Part shown: positions 51,374 through 61,869 of the stretch, in pieces | How the letters are laid out: every line of letters starts with the position of its first letter | How positions within the stretch are numbered: position 1 is the first letter of the stretch | Assembly: GCA_963765205.1 (NCBI GenBank) | Contig: CAVXVB010000009.1 | Span: forward strand, 768,001 to 832,000 | Reading direction: 5' to 3' | DNA from: an uncultured Verrucomicrobiae bacterium | GTDB taxonomy: Bacteria > Verrucomicrobiota > Verrucomicrobiia > Opitutales > JABDGR01 | DNA length: 64,000 bases | The notes under the pieces: model-generated | The model's input: the letters and a program-made list of their open reading frames with translations, nothing else | Database searches by the model: none | What the model was told of the DNA's origin: nothing | Position numbers and translations under genes: made by a program

Positions 51374-54149
51374 TTACAGGGAAATCTTATGGCCCGCCGC
51401 ATGGCGGGTGGTGAACTGCATGTGAACCTCATGCAGTCGCGCAAGTTCGACAGATTTCATAATCCGGCGTGTCCATTCCGAGGCTTTGACGCGCGGGCCA
51501 ATTGAGGGTGCCATAGTGGGGGCAGGCTTGATGTCCAAGGCGAGGCCACGGTCACCAGTTTGCTCGATATTAGCACGCAACTCGGCTTTGTCCGAGGTGA
51601 ACACGACCACGCGCTTGCGGCCTCGGGAAATCGCCACATACCATTGATGGCAGTTAGTGGCGGCCCGGTTCGCGGCATCGGCGAAGAGCACGGTGTCCAC
51701 GGTTTTTCCCTGGGAGGCGTAGGAAGTGACGACATAGCCGCGATTGAATAGCCGTTGCGAAGGCGACAGGGTCTTTCTTTTCCCCCGGTCATCCTCGACA
51801 ACGAGCGAGCCGTTTTTACGCACACGGCGGATGGTCAGGAGTTCGCCATTGGTCAGCGCATGGCCTTCGATGGACTTCCCATTGAACTTGAGTTGCAACC
51901 GGTCACCCGGAGCGACTTCCAATTCAACCGGCGCGACAACCGCAATTCGATTCGTATAGCGGTAACTCAGGGTAGAGCGACGGTCGTTTTTCAGAAGAAC
52001 AACACCATGTTCACTGGCTCCGGCAATTTCGCAAAGATCGCCCTTGGCATATCGGCCGTAGCGTTGCAGAAAATAGACCTGTTGACCAACTCGGTAGAAA
52101 CTGGCCTCACGTTTCTGCGCCTCAGTGCAATCCACCGCCTGAAAGGCGGTGAGCGTCGTGCCGCCGCTCAGTTTTCCTTTTGCCTTCAATTGTTCGCGGA
52201 TGGCATCGTTCACTGCATTCACCTCAACCCAGGTCTGGGCCACGACCAGGACACTTTCATTGCGGTCAACGCTGGCGAGGTATTCCCGCGCCAGCGTTTC
52301 GCGGCGAGCATCCGGTGCGACCTCGCGGATACAGCCCAGCTTTTCCAGGCGGTCGAATGATTCAGTGATGTTCCCGGACGCCGCCGCTTTGACCGCCTGA
52401 CGGTATCCATACACAAAGGCCCGCTCCTTGGCCGATTTTGCGGCGGCGGGATTCTGCCGCTGGATGTATTTTAATTCCGCTGCTTTCAACCCGCAGTATT
52501 TCTCAATGGCCCGGAGCGCATCGGAGGCTTGCACCGCGCCATGCTGCCGGGTGTCACCCGACAGAATCAATCGCCCATCGCGGGCCTTCACCAAGGCCAT
52601 CAGGTGATTCAGTTGCTTGCCGCCCACCTGGCCCGCCTCATCCAGGAGCACGACCGCACGCCGGGGCATGGTTCCAGTTTCCAGACAATGCGCCACAGTG
52701 GTAGCAGGAAGGCCATCCCCACACAAATCAGCCACTTGCTGGCGTTGCGGGGCCAGAACGACCACGGGCAGACCGGCGGCTTGAATACCTTTCATTACCT
52801 CCCGCAGGGTGAAACTTTTGCCGGTGCCCGCGCCGCCGCGAAACAACGTGACGAAATCCCGGCTTCTCAAAATGTGCCTGACTGCCGCCGCCTGTTCTTC
52901 CGACAAGACCGGAGACGGTTGGTAATCCCGGTTTAAGGCCAATTCCATGCCACACCCATCACGGGCGGCGACCACGATGCCTAATTCGTAGCGCAGCATT
53001 TCGCGCGAAGTGAGCCTGTGTGTGCCTTCCTCGCGGACATAGCCGCGTTTTTCAATGGCTTCGCGCAACGCCGCCAAGTCGAAATCCTGTCCGCGACCAT
53101 GCGCCAATGCCGCCGCCATCAGTTCGTAGTCATTCACCACGGAGCGCCGTTCAAAGAGGTGTTCATCCGCCCATGCGACGATGGCATTCACGTCGGCTTT
53201 CATGGGGACGTGCTGCTTTGCAATCCATAACGAATCCAATGCCGCCTTATCCGCTGCCGACATTTGTTTTGCCCAACGGGGCCGTAATTGACTGGCGGTA
53301 GAGTCCTTGATTTTTCGTTTCCGGTCGTCATGCGCGATCTGTTTGCGGAGGTCACCAGCACTGCCCCGCAACCCCTCATGCTCGATGCGTTTTTGAGCCT
53401 CAGCATGGATTTGCTGATGCCGCTTGGAGAATTGGGCGATGACACTGGCCGGAACCTGCTTGATTTCAAAGTCGCGGGCAGTGGGCACAAGTTCATACCC
53501 AAAGCTCCGCAGCCCCTTCGCCAGTTCATGGTAGTAATAGTGCTCCACGAACTTTTGGGCGCGATACATGCCCGATGCCTCCAATGCCTTCCAACGGTTT
53601 TCCACCAGATCAAAGGTGGCATTGAAGATAACGCAATGGGTATGCAGGTGCGGGTCTAGTTCCCGGCTGGTGTCATGCCGGAAGGCCGCGCCCAAGATGT
53701 TCCCCGTCACCCGTTCCCCGTTCTGGCCGGACTTCCGCACGCGTGTTCCGGCGAACTTTTCGAGTTCAACCATCGCGGTTTTGACCGCCTGATTATGCAG
53801 TTCCAAAATACGGACATCCTGCATCAGCGCGACCACCGAAACCGACTTTGGCGGGCTAATCGTGAAGTCATAGAACACCCTTCGATTGGCCACCATCTTT
53901 CCGTCTTCGCGACGTTTGTCATTTTGCCGAAGGGTCAATTTCTGACCCGTGCCCGGATTCAATCCCTCGCACAACGCCAGGAATTCTTTCTCACATACCT
54001 TGCCTTTGAGACCCAATTTTTCAGCAGCCTCGCCGAACCATTCACCTGAAACTTTTTCACCCTCGGCGTAGTAATCTCCCACGCTCAAATGCTCGCGAAA
54101 AATACTCCCGAGCATGTTGCAGATTTAACTGTGGTTTTGGAGTCAACAT
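51374..54149 (-). CDS. MOBF (TrwC/TraI-type) relaxase-helicase; frameshift at the A5 run 54098-54102
   Basis: GDYY, DFTISPPKSVS, HDTSRELDPHLHTH, GGAGTGKS, DEA, SQGKTVD. The N-terminus MLTPKPQLNL starts at 54149 in another frame. Confidence 0.93.
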
Positions 54150-54169
54150 GGTAAATCCTCCGATTTGAC

Positions 54170-54275
54170 GGGAATCACTTACGAAAACGCAGTCGCGTTT
54201 TCATCATGGAGGACGCAGTTCCCCTTCCGATGGAACGGAAGGTTGCCATCCGCGTAAGTGACGCACGCCGTTACC
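54170..54275. other. Candidate oriT
   Basis: Immediately upstream of the relaxase. Inverted repeats TCACTTACG/CGTAAGTGA and GAAAACGC..GCGTTTTC. The minus-strand GGCGTGCGTCACTT loosely resembles MOBF nic regions. Confidence 0.45.
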
Positions 54276-54643
54276 CATGTTGTGGAGTCAACTGAACGCA
54301 CCCGCGTAGGCCGTTACCTACTGAAATCAGGCTAAACGCAGCCCGGCATGACGCCGGTTTCCGACCCTCGCGAAGACGCGCCGCGCCCGCTGGTTGCGTC
54401 GCGCCCTCGTGAATGGTGCGGGGGTAATGAGGCACCGACGGGGAGACGCGGGCGCGAGTCACTTCCGCCGCCGTCCACCTCGCTTGCCGCCACCGGGCGG
54501 CGCGCTCAGGCTCCCGGCCCGGCTCCGCGCCTCGCAGCCCGTGACTCCTCTGGGCCTGTCTAATGGCGCATTTTGGCGCAGCCCGGACGGCATCGAGAAT
54601 ATGGACAGCAGTTGAAATCGAATGTAAAAAATGGCGCACAAAA

Positions 54644-54797
54644 AGATTGGTTACTCAGCGAGTAACCAATCTCCACTTTCACGGCACAGAGTTAGCGCAA
54701 AGATTGGTCACACAGTGTGTGACCGATCTTCGGGTGCCTTCATTTTTGCAGCGCTAAATTGGCGCTAAGATTCTTTACACAGTGTGTGGAGAATCTT
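54644..54797 (+). repeat. Three spaced hairpin repeats (13-14 bp stem, 3 nt loop)
   Basis: 54644-54672, 54700-54730 and 54767-54797; consensus (A)AGATT-N8-AGY-N8-RATCT(T). Confidence 0.88.
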
Positions 54798-55229
54798 CAA
54801 TAAGTTGCGTCATCCTTGCCTAGCCGGGAGGGAAACGACGTGTCAATTAGCGCCAGAGACGGCATTTTAACCTACCCCAACCACCCCCTCGCGCCTCAAT
54901 TATATCGCCGCCGTCAAGGTCCGCTTCGCTTTCCACCTTGACTGCGGCGGAAGAGGCGCAGTTATGGGTTGGTGGTGGGGAATAGCGGTTGGTTAAGCAC
55001 ATGGGCAACCGGCCTTGCTGGCCGTGTTTGTTGGTTGGCGGATGACTTGCTCGCAGTCGGTATGGTAGTTGTCTGGGTTCGTGGTTGGCCGGTTCGCATA
55101 TTGCGTTTAGAACCATTGCGCTTTCAGAACCGCCGCATGTTCTATATTCCAACATGCAGCTCCCGCGCGGGAAGATACACCCATTTTGCATTTCAAAATA
55201 GGGTCAGCTTTGAATTCGATTTTTGCCCT

Positions 55230-55621
55230 AAATAGGCAACACGTGTTGCCTATTTCGTAACATAAAATTGACACGCCGAGCAGCCAACCCAGGGCGCTGC
55301 CCAAATACGTACAAAAATCCCGGAGCCGGAATTTTGCACTAATTAGAAAAACGCACCGCGTTTCGTTTTTTTTACAAAGAAGCGGCGTGGTGTTACCGAT
55401 GGCGGGAAGGCCGAGGCATTGGCGTGAGCAATTTTGACCATGCTTTCTGCCAATTGTAAAAATGCCTCGATTTGCGTTATTTATTGACCGATAGGCTCTT
55501 TTGCGAAAACGAACCACGTGGTTCGTTTTCGCGCATCACAAGCCCGATTTGAAATAGCCCCAGCGTTCGGTATCCCAAGCTGTGGGGTTATTCTGAAAAC
55601 GAAACACGTGTTTCGTTTTCA
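55230..55621. repeat. Three perfect CACGTG-centred palindromes (26, 30 and 28 bp)
   Basis: 55230-55255, 55503-55532 and 55594-55621. Confidence 0.88.
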
Positions 55622-55661
55622 AAATGCAACACACCGTGTCGTTTTTTAAACCTCCACCGGG

Positions 55662-56882
55662 TCACACGGCCACCGCCAGAGACGGGACTGGCACCGGGAA
55701 GGTCGTGGCTACCGTGACAACATGCCCCTGTCGTTTCGGCAGGATACTGAAGAACTGTTCAGCTTCCGCCGTGCTTTTCAGGTCGAGATAGTGCTTGCGG
55801 ATGATGCTTTCCGAATTCCCAGCCTGAAGCGCGGCTTCGCCGATGGAGCGGAATTTAGCGACGTGCATTTAGATGAAGGTATGTCTCATGACATCATGCG
55901 ATAGGTTGAACTTCACCACCGCCTTTTCCCGGATATGCTGGAGGTTGGTCGGGATGATGGGATATTTCGCCAGTGGATAGGCCCGCAGCCAGGCCGCAAG
56001 ATTCGGCTGAATCGTGACCATGCGCGGCTCTCGCACCTTGGACACTTCGCGATCAATGCGAATGACCCCATCGGCGAGTTTCATATGCTCAGGCTTGAGA
56101 CGGAGGATTTCACCCGTGCGGAGACAAGGCCGGATACCCGCGAACAGGCAGAGGGCGAAGAACGGCACGGCGCTGGGATAGTGGCCCTCGACAAACGCCA
56201 TGAGTTCCTTCGTCTGTGACGCGGAGAGCGTCACCGCGCCGCCACGCCGCCGCCGAATCCGGTGGGCTGGTATTTTCAACAGTGGGTTTTCCGAGACCCA
56301 ATCCCGTTTTAGCGCAAATTTCAGGAAGCCCGAAACGATGCCGCGCCGATTGTTGTAGGTCTTGAGCGAGGCACGCCGTGCCTCGAAATAGCCCACCAGT
56401 CGCGCCCCGGTTAATTCTGCGACGGTCGCGCCGGGGAAATGTTTTTGCAGGCGCACCAAATCTCGTTTCAGTCGAATCAGGTAAGGCTCTGAAATCAAAT
56501 CCTGCCCGCGCTCATGCTCTTTCGTCGCGACGTATCCCGCGACCGCCTCCGCGAGCAATTTTTGCGTCACCGGCTCGCGGTAGTTCGCCAACGCGAACTC
56601 GACATAGAATGATAGCGGATGTTTCTGGCTGGCTACCCGGTGGAATAGCGACTCCGCTTCATGGAGTTGCTCATCCGTCAGGCGAGTGACCGCAGTGTGA
56701 ACACCGGTCTCGCCTTGGAGGCGGCAGACTTCGAGAACTTGGCGTTCCGCCTCGGCCTCGGGACGGCTGGGGAAGTTCTTGCGCACGCGCTTGCCGTCCA
56801 GCCAGCCGGATACGCGGTAAACGATCTCCCCCGAGGGATTCGTGAATTCAGAGATACTAAACGAGGATATTGTGGCATTCAT
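55662..56882 (-). pseudogene. Tyrosine integrase with an in-frame nonsense codon
   Basis: Homolog of 20477-21661. RHTFI-TAA-MHVAKFRS occurs where the homolog reads RHTFISMFVSKFRS; the catalytic Tyr lies downstream of the stop. Confidence 0.88.
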
Positions 56883-56926
56883 GACCGATTTGCCACGTCA
56901 ACTGGCAAATCTGTCGTTGACCTAAT

Positions 56927-56939
56927 TAACTCATTGATT
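56927..56939. promoter_or_regulatory. IHF-consensus site adjacent to att
   Basis: TAACTCATTGATT matches YAANNNNTTGATW; it lies within the inverted repeat TTAACTCATT..AATGAGTTAA. Confidence 0.6.
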
Positions 56940-57171
56940 TTTAATGAGTTAATGGCGGAGAGGGATTCGAACCCCAGCCGCCGGATTCAGAAGTAATTGA
57001 AGGCCGGAAACTTGTCAAAAACGGCAAAAGGCAGTCCCCAGTCCTGTCCCCCGGTCTGGCTGGTCAAGCGGGAGAAGACGTGGCTGACGTTGTTCTCGCG
57101 TGGTCAACTCTGCCCACGAAAGTGCGCGCCGCCATCCTCGCCCTGGTTGACGCGGCGCAAGGAGGAACCAA

Positions 57172-58347
57172 GTGAGTGCCGAGATTGCCGAGGGCTTGGC
57201 CGGCGTCGGGCCGGAGGCCGTCCCGCATGGCGGGACGGCCCCGGCCCCCGCCGGCCTTCCTAGTCTATTATGTCATAACTCAACTGATAAACTCTCTGAC
57301 AGTCAGCGCAAGGGGCTGGTCAATCTCACGCGCAACGTCAAATGGATGGCAAAAGAACATGGTGTCGAGCGCCTGCTTTTTGGCACCCTGACGCCCTGCC
57401 CGAAAATCTATGACATGAAGGAAGCCCAAAAAGTGTTCAACTCGTTCGCCACGCATTTTGTCCGTCCCCGCTTTCCTGACGCCATCGTGGGGGTGCATCG
57501 GGGTAAGGATGGGTTTGTCCATTTCCATTTTTTGCTCGTGGCCCCGGTCGGGGTCAACGTGAAGGCCGGATTTGACCATGCCGCCGTTGACCATGGCGAC
57601 TATTCCAGTGCTTGTGAGTGGCTGCGCGCGGAGTGGAAGGCCTGGCGCGAGGCCACGAATTACAATGGGAAGCGCCCTGACGCCGCCTATCCCCGGATTG
57701 GCCGTTGCGAGGTGAAGCCTGTCCAAAAGAATCCCGAGGCCCTGGCGCGTTACCTCGGTGGCTACCTCTCCAAGGGCATCCGCCAGCGGGTCAGCGGTGA
57801 TCACCGCGCCCGTTTAATCCGCTATTGGGGCCGTTCGCGGGAGTTTCCGCCCGGCGTGGCCTTCACCTCCCCGCGCTCCTGGGTGTGCCGGGCCAAAATC
57901 CGCCAATGGGCCATTACAGTCGCACTATGTCCCTCGCCCGAAGCGGTGCGCGAGAAATACGGGCCGCGCTGGTTCTGGGACAACAAAGAAGCCATCCATG
58001 GTCAAATTCTGACGGAATACCCGTCCGCCGCGCACGCCTATGCCGATGGACACCTTATGTTCCGAAACATGAGGAACGAGCCAGGGGCAATCCGTTGCGC
58101 CCCTGCTGGCACTGAGCTTTTGACTCGTCTGGTATTGGAATGCGTGGACGGCGTGGAACGTCTCGTCTCGGTCACCCTGGCGGTCCCAGTGCCTGCGGGT
58201 GCCACTGGCCTGACCCTTCACCACCTTTGCCGTCCACAGGTCGAGGAGGAGCCGGATGATGAAATAGAGTCAGCGGAGCTTGTTTATGCCGCTTCCGTAT
58301 CCTCGTGGCCGGACACGGCAAAAATAGCCGAAAACAATCCATTTTGA
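57172..58347 (+). CDS. HUH rolling-circle replication initiator
   Basis: Motif I FGTLT, motif II VHFHFLL, motif III ARYLGGYLSK. Confidence 0.85.
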   Translation: MSAEIAEGLAGVGPEAVPHGGTAPAPAGLPSLLCHNSTDKLSDSQRKGLVNLTRNVKWMAKEHGVERLLFGTLTPCPKIYDMKEAQKVFNSFATHFVRPRFPDAIVGVHRGKDGFVHFHFLLVAPVGVNVKAGFDHAAVDHGDYSSACEWLRAEWKAWREATNYNGKRPDAAYPRIGRCEVKPVQKNPEALARYLGGYLSKGIRQRVSGDHRARLIRYWGRSREFPPGVAFTSPRSWVCRAKIRQWAITVALCPSPEAVREKYGPRWFWDNKEAIHGQILTEYPSAAHAYADGHLMFRNMRNEPGAIRCAPAGTELLTRLVLECVDGVERLVSVTLAVPVPAGATGLTLHHLCRPQVEEEPDDEIESAELVYAASVSSWPDTAKIAENNPF

Positions 58348-58661
58348 GAAAACAGGGCCAGGTGCAGGATGGCGGCCTGAGCCTCCTGCTACTGCTCCGA
58401 TTCCTCCCTTTACCGCCAAAAGATTGGTTCAGTGCCGCCGGTTAAGCGCCGTCCGTGACGGGAATCCTCGGAATGGTCGGCGTCAGGCGGGCTTACTCCG
58501 CTGTGGCAGACTCGACGAAAGGACATGGGGTAGGGGTCCCATGGCGTTTTGTCGAGTGGGCCAACCGCATTTGCGATCAAATCATTAACCTGGCGGAGCC
58601 ATATTTACCCACGGATAAATACCCTTGCCGCCCGCTCTCCAACCGCCCATTTTGCTGACCC

Positions 58662-59669
58662 ATGAAAATGACTGCATCTAAATATCCAAGCTTCAATGTG
58701 ATTGATGAAGACCCGGTATCGGATTTAGAATCGGAAAAGTTTGTTGCTTTAATTAAAGAAATTCTGAAAGGTTTTCGATATTCCGATAGAGAATGGATTG
58801 CCGAATATGAACGAAAATTTTTCATGTTAATGAGGAAAATTGGATATGGTCAGGCCTCAGGGGTTTTTGGGAAGCGAACAAAACTACGCAGCAAATTAGA
58901 TACCCTTTGCATGTTTGAATCCATAGGAAATTACATTATTAATGGATCAGGGCAAAGCGCGGAAATTAAGAAGTTAATCCCGCGGCATCTATTTTGTATT
59001 TGCCCTGAGCATGACGCCATAAACATCACAGTTAAGCACTTCAGGACAGCCAGGCTGCCAACTGGCCCCATTTGGTCTCCTGCAACTGATCGGTTCGTCT
59101 TTTGGAACAAACAAAAGTTGATCCTGGCCTATTCTCAGCACGCTATTGAAAGGATGCAGGAACGAATCCTGATCGGAGATTCTCCATATAGGCAGGTGGA
59201 AGAATTGGGCTATTTATTTTTTGTTCATCTCACTTATCCCGCATGTCTTGGCGAAAACCATTCACCGATGATCGAATTTTATATGATCTTTACGAAGCGT
59301 GACGGGGAACTTGAGTATTTAAACCAGGTTTTCGAGGAACAAATAGATGCCAAGATTTACTACGACGCCTTTTCCCTGCGCTTTTTTTACCGCGTTGGGT
59401 ATGGCCCGTTTGTAATCGATAACGGCTACGCAGTTGTAAAATCAATTCTCTTCCCTGGAATGAAGGGCACGCCAGAAGAAAAGTTAATCTTGGAAAAATC
59501 CATGAGCAGCCAAGAGCGCAACAATTTAACCCAAGCTTGGAAAGAGGGCATATTTTCCGATCCAAAATCCCAAAAACAAATCGCCCTCCTCGAATTTCTC
59601 CGAAATAATGGACTCCAGGTCATATTCAACGATGAGGGATTGCGTGCTCGGTCAAAAATCCACCAATGA
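58662..59669 (+). CDS. AT-rich hypothetical cargo protein
   Basis: 335 aa ORF, low GC; contains YSQHAIERMQER. Confidence 0.7.
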   Translation: MKMTASKYPSFNVIDEDPVSDLESEKFVALIKEILKGFRYSDREWIAEYERKFFMLMRKIGYGQASGVFGKRTKLRSKLDTLCMFESIGNYIINGSGQSAEIKKLIPRHLFCICPEHDAINITVKHFRTARLPTGPIWSPATDRFVFWNKQKLILAYSQHAIERMQERILIGDSPYRQVEELGYLFFVHLTYPACLGENHSPMIEFYMIFTKRDGELEYLNQVFEEQIDAKIYYDAFSLRFFYRVGYGPFVIDNGYAVVKSILFPGMKGTPEEKLILEKSMSSQERNNLTQAWKEGIFSDPKSQKQIALLEFLRNNGLQVIFNDEGLRARSKIHQ

Positions 59670-59780
59670 ATTTTATGGACGTTCCGAAAACTAGCCCTTT
59701 CCTCCAAGCCACGATAACCCCAAAAAAGCGATTTCAGCTCAGTTCTGTTTCAGTTGGTCAACTATGGCGATGGGGCAGTT

Positions 59781-60602
59781 TTAGATCCTCTTGCGATAAT
59801 CAATGCATTCACGATTGCCCTTACTAAGGTTATCAACAGAACATAAAGTTTGTAGATTATCCAGAATCGTGATGCCTCCATTGGCAATTGGAATAATATG
59901 GTCTGCGTGCAAATCAACCTTGGTACCACATTTGAGACACGCGTAGCCGTCACGCTTAAACACAAGAGCCCGAAGGCGTGACGGTATATGGCGAGAGTAT
60001 TTTGATCGCGCCACGCTAGATCGAGGCCCTTTCGGATGAAATTTTACTCTTTTGGAAATAATATCTTTGATCTGTGCTGTGGTCAACTTGACGCCGTAAT
60101 TGTCAATCACAGCCGCATAAATACGATGCCAATATGGAATCAGCTCTAAAAAAGCTTGATATGCATTTTCATGAAAGTCTTCGAGGGTTCCCGCTTCAAA
60201 CATTCTAAACAGGCCGATCATTTGCTGATTTTCTAAAGCCTGGAAGTTATGCAGAGTTTTTTCGGCCTTGCGCATTTCATCCCACAAGACAGATATAACT
60301 TCGCCTGTCTTATCGTATATTCTTTGCCGATTGGCATAAAACCTAGCAATAAATGGCTTTGGATGATATCGAAGGAAAGGATCATGAATTAACGCGTAGC
60401 CGAAGTGATGAAAATCTAAAATCGAAGGCTGGTGGATATCATAAAAGTGAAACATAAACATTCGTGTTTCAGTGCCATGTCGCTGTGCAACCCGCTGAGC
60501 CTTAAGGCGCGGTTGAATTTCCTCGGGAAAGTCTCGGACGAGACCCGCGTAGATATCCTTTGAAACCGCCGCGACATCAGAAATTGTGAATTTCGACTTC
60601 AT
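59781..60602 (-). CDS. HNH endonuclease with an unknown N-terminal domain
   Basis: VFKRDGYACLKCG...DHIIP...GG....NLQTLC..DN..K. Confidence 0.88.
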   Translation of the reverse strand: MKSKFTISDVAAVSKDIYAGLVRDFPEEIQPRLKAQRVAQRHGTETRMFMFHFYDIHQPSILDFHHFGYALIHDPFLRYHPKPFIARFYANRQRIYDKTGEVISVLWDEMRKAEKTLHNFQALENQQMIGLFRMFEAGTLEDFHENAYQAFLELIPYWHRIYAAVIDNYGVKLTTAQIKDIISKRVKFHPKGPRSSVARSKYSRHIPSRLRALVFKRDGYACLKCGTKVDLHADHIIPIANGGITILDNLQTLCSVDNLSKGNRECIDYRKRI

Positions 60603-60950
60603 TTTTCGTGGCAGAATTAAGGTTTCTCAAAAGTTACCTCGTGGCCTTCTTCGGGAAGATTTCGGTTTAGATTTTATCCATCTCCGAGTGCCCCGGCACA
60701 TAAGGCCAAAACATCCTAAGATGATTGTTAAGAAGAACATATAGCAGTCTTTCTGGGTTAAAGAATGAAATTTTAATGCGTGCGTAAAACTATGTAAAGG
60801 GAAAATTGGTCAGGAAATTTAGCCGCCCTACGAGCTCGCGGCCCACCCGGCAACCGGGCCGAGCGTGCCTTGGGCAGCGGTGAAAAAACTGCAACCAGGG
60901 GCGAATTTAGTTGTTGACGTATTGGTGACGGCCCTCAAAATGTTGTCATT

Positions 60951-61661
60951 GTGTCAACGAACTTTCCATTTGTCGAAATTCCACCCGAGATGGCCGAAAT
61001 CATCGGCGAGCGGGAGGGTGATTCGCGGGTCTATGCCAAAGAGGGCGTGCAGGAAGAATGTGCGCCTTGGTATGACGCTCTGCATGAAATCGTCGGGCCG
61101 TGCGTCAGCCCCGGCGGGGTGGCAATGTATTGCCCGGTCACGCGGGCGGCCACCCATCGGCGCATTCGGGAAGGGCGCCTGTCCTGCTTCACCTACCATG
61201 TCAAAGAGCGCAAGATCAACTTCTTTGGCAAATTGCGCGGGCTGCGCGACACGCCTTATTCCTACGTCCCAGTCTCGGAATGTCGGGCTTGGCGCAAGGA
61301 ATTGGAGGAAAAAGCCCTGCGCAACGAGCGCGTTACCCAGGAGGAATTGGAGGGCGCAGTGCCGGATTGGGATGCTGAATTCCTGGAATGGGAATCCCGC
61401 TGGCGCAAGGAACAGCGCAAGCTGGGCGGGCCGCGCAACATCCCGGTGACGATCAAGCTGGCCCGCAAAGAGGTTGAATGCCTGGACCGCCTCGTGGAGC
61501 TATTGAAACCCGAGTTTTCGACCAAAGAGGAATTTATCACCCATCTGCTCAACTATACCACCATGGGGGGCATGAGCGGACTGAGCTTTACCAAGTTCGG
61601 CTTTCGGCTCGCCCGGATGTATGATGAGGCGGATGCCAGGCGGAAGGAGAAGGAAAAATGA
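60951..61661 (+). CDS. Hypothetical protein with an HTH-like segment
   Basis: VSPGGVAMYCPVTRAATHRRIREGRL; ATGA-coupled to xis. Confidence 0.65.
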   Translation: MSTNFPFVEIPPEMAEIIGEREGDSRVYAKEGVQEECAPWYDALHEIVGPCVSPGGVAMYCPVTRAATHRRIREGRLSCFTYHVKERKINFFGKLRGLRDTPYSYVPVSECRAWRKELEEKALRNERVTQEELEGAVPDWDAEFLEWESRWRKEQRKLGGPRNIPVTIKLARKEVECLDRLVELLKPEFSTKEEFITHLLNYTTMGGMSGLSFTKFGFRLARMYDEADARRKEKEK

Positions 61662-61867
61662 GCACTACCAGCAATTTCTTTACTGACCCGCACCGCACCC
61701 TCAAGGAGGCTGCGGACTTGCTTGGTCTAAGTATCTCGACCCTCCGGCGGGAAAAACGTCGCGGTAAACTTCACGTTTTCGAATGGGGTGGCAATGATTG
61801 CGTTTTGGATACAGAACTCCGTTCATACTGGGAACGCAAAATCCAACAGCCGAAAAAAAAGGATTAG
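61658..61867 (+). CDS. Excisionase-like HTH protein
   Basis: TLKEAADLLGLSISTLRREKRRGKL. Confidence 0.85.
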   Translation: MSTTSNFFTDPHRTLKEAADLLGLSISTLRREKRRGKLHVFEWGGNDCVLDTELRSYWERKIQQPKKKD

Positions 61868-61869
61868 CC

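Larger units (their letters stand above)
37726..56975. mobile_element. ~19 kb integrative mobilisable element at tRNA-Ser (second in the tandem array)
   Basis: att copies TGGCGGAGAGGGATTCGAACC at 37726-37746 and 56953-56973; integrase; MOBF relaxase; tandem TGGCAAAT arm-like sites at 37866-37884. Confidence 0.9.

Noticed and set aside
54644..54797. Canonical CRISPR array
   Set aside because: Only three divergent units with unusually long stems and no cas gene in the window. Kept as an unexplained hairpin array.
19472..55871. Stop-codon reassignment to explain the in-frame TAAs
   Set aside because: TAA terminates many normal genes here (purC, the tmRNA tag), and the residues expected at the lesions differ (Ser vs probably Tyr).
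58386..58396. CTGCTACTGCT matching one end of the 40 bp shared site
   Set aside because: Only 11 bp of low complexity; could be chance.
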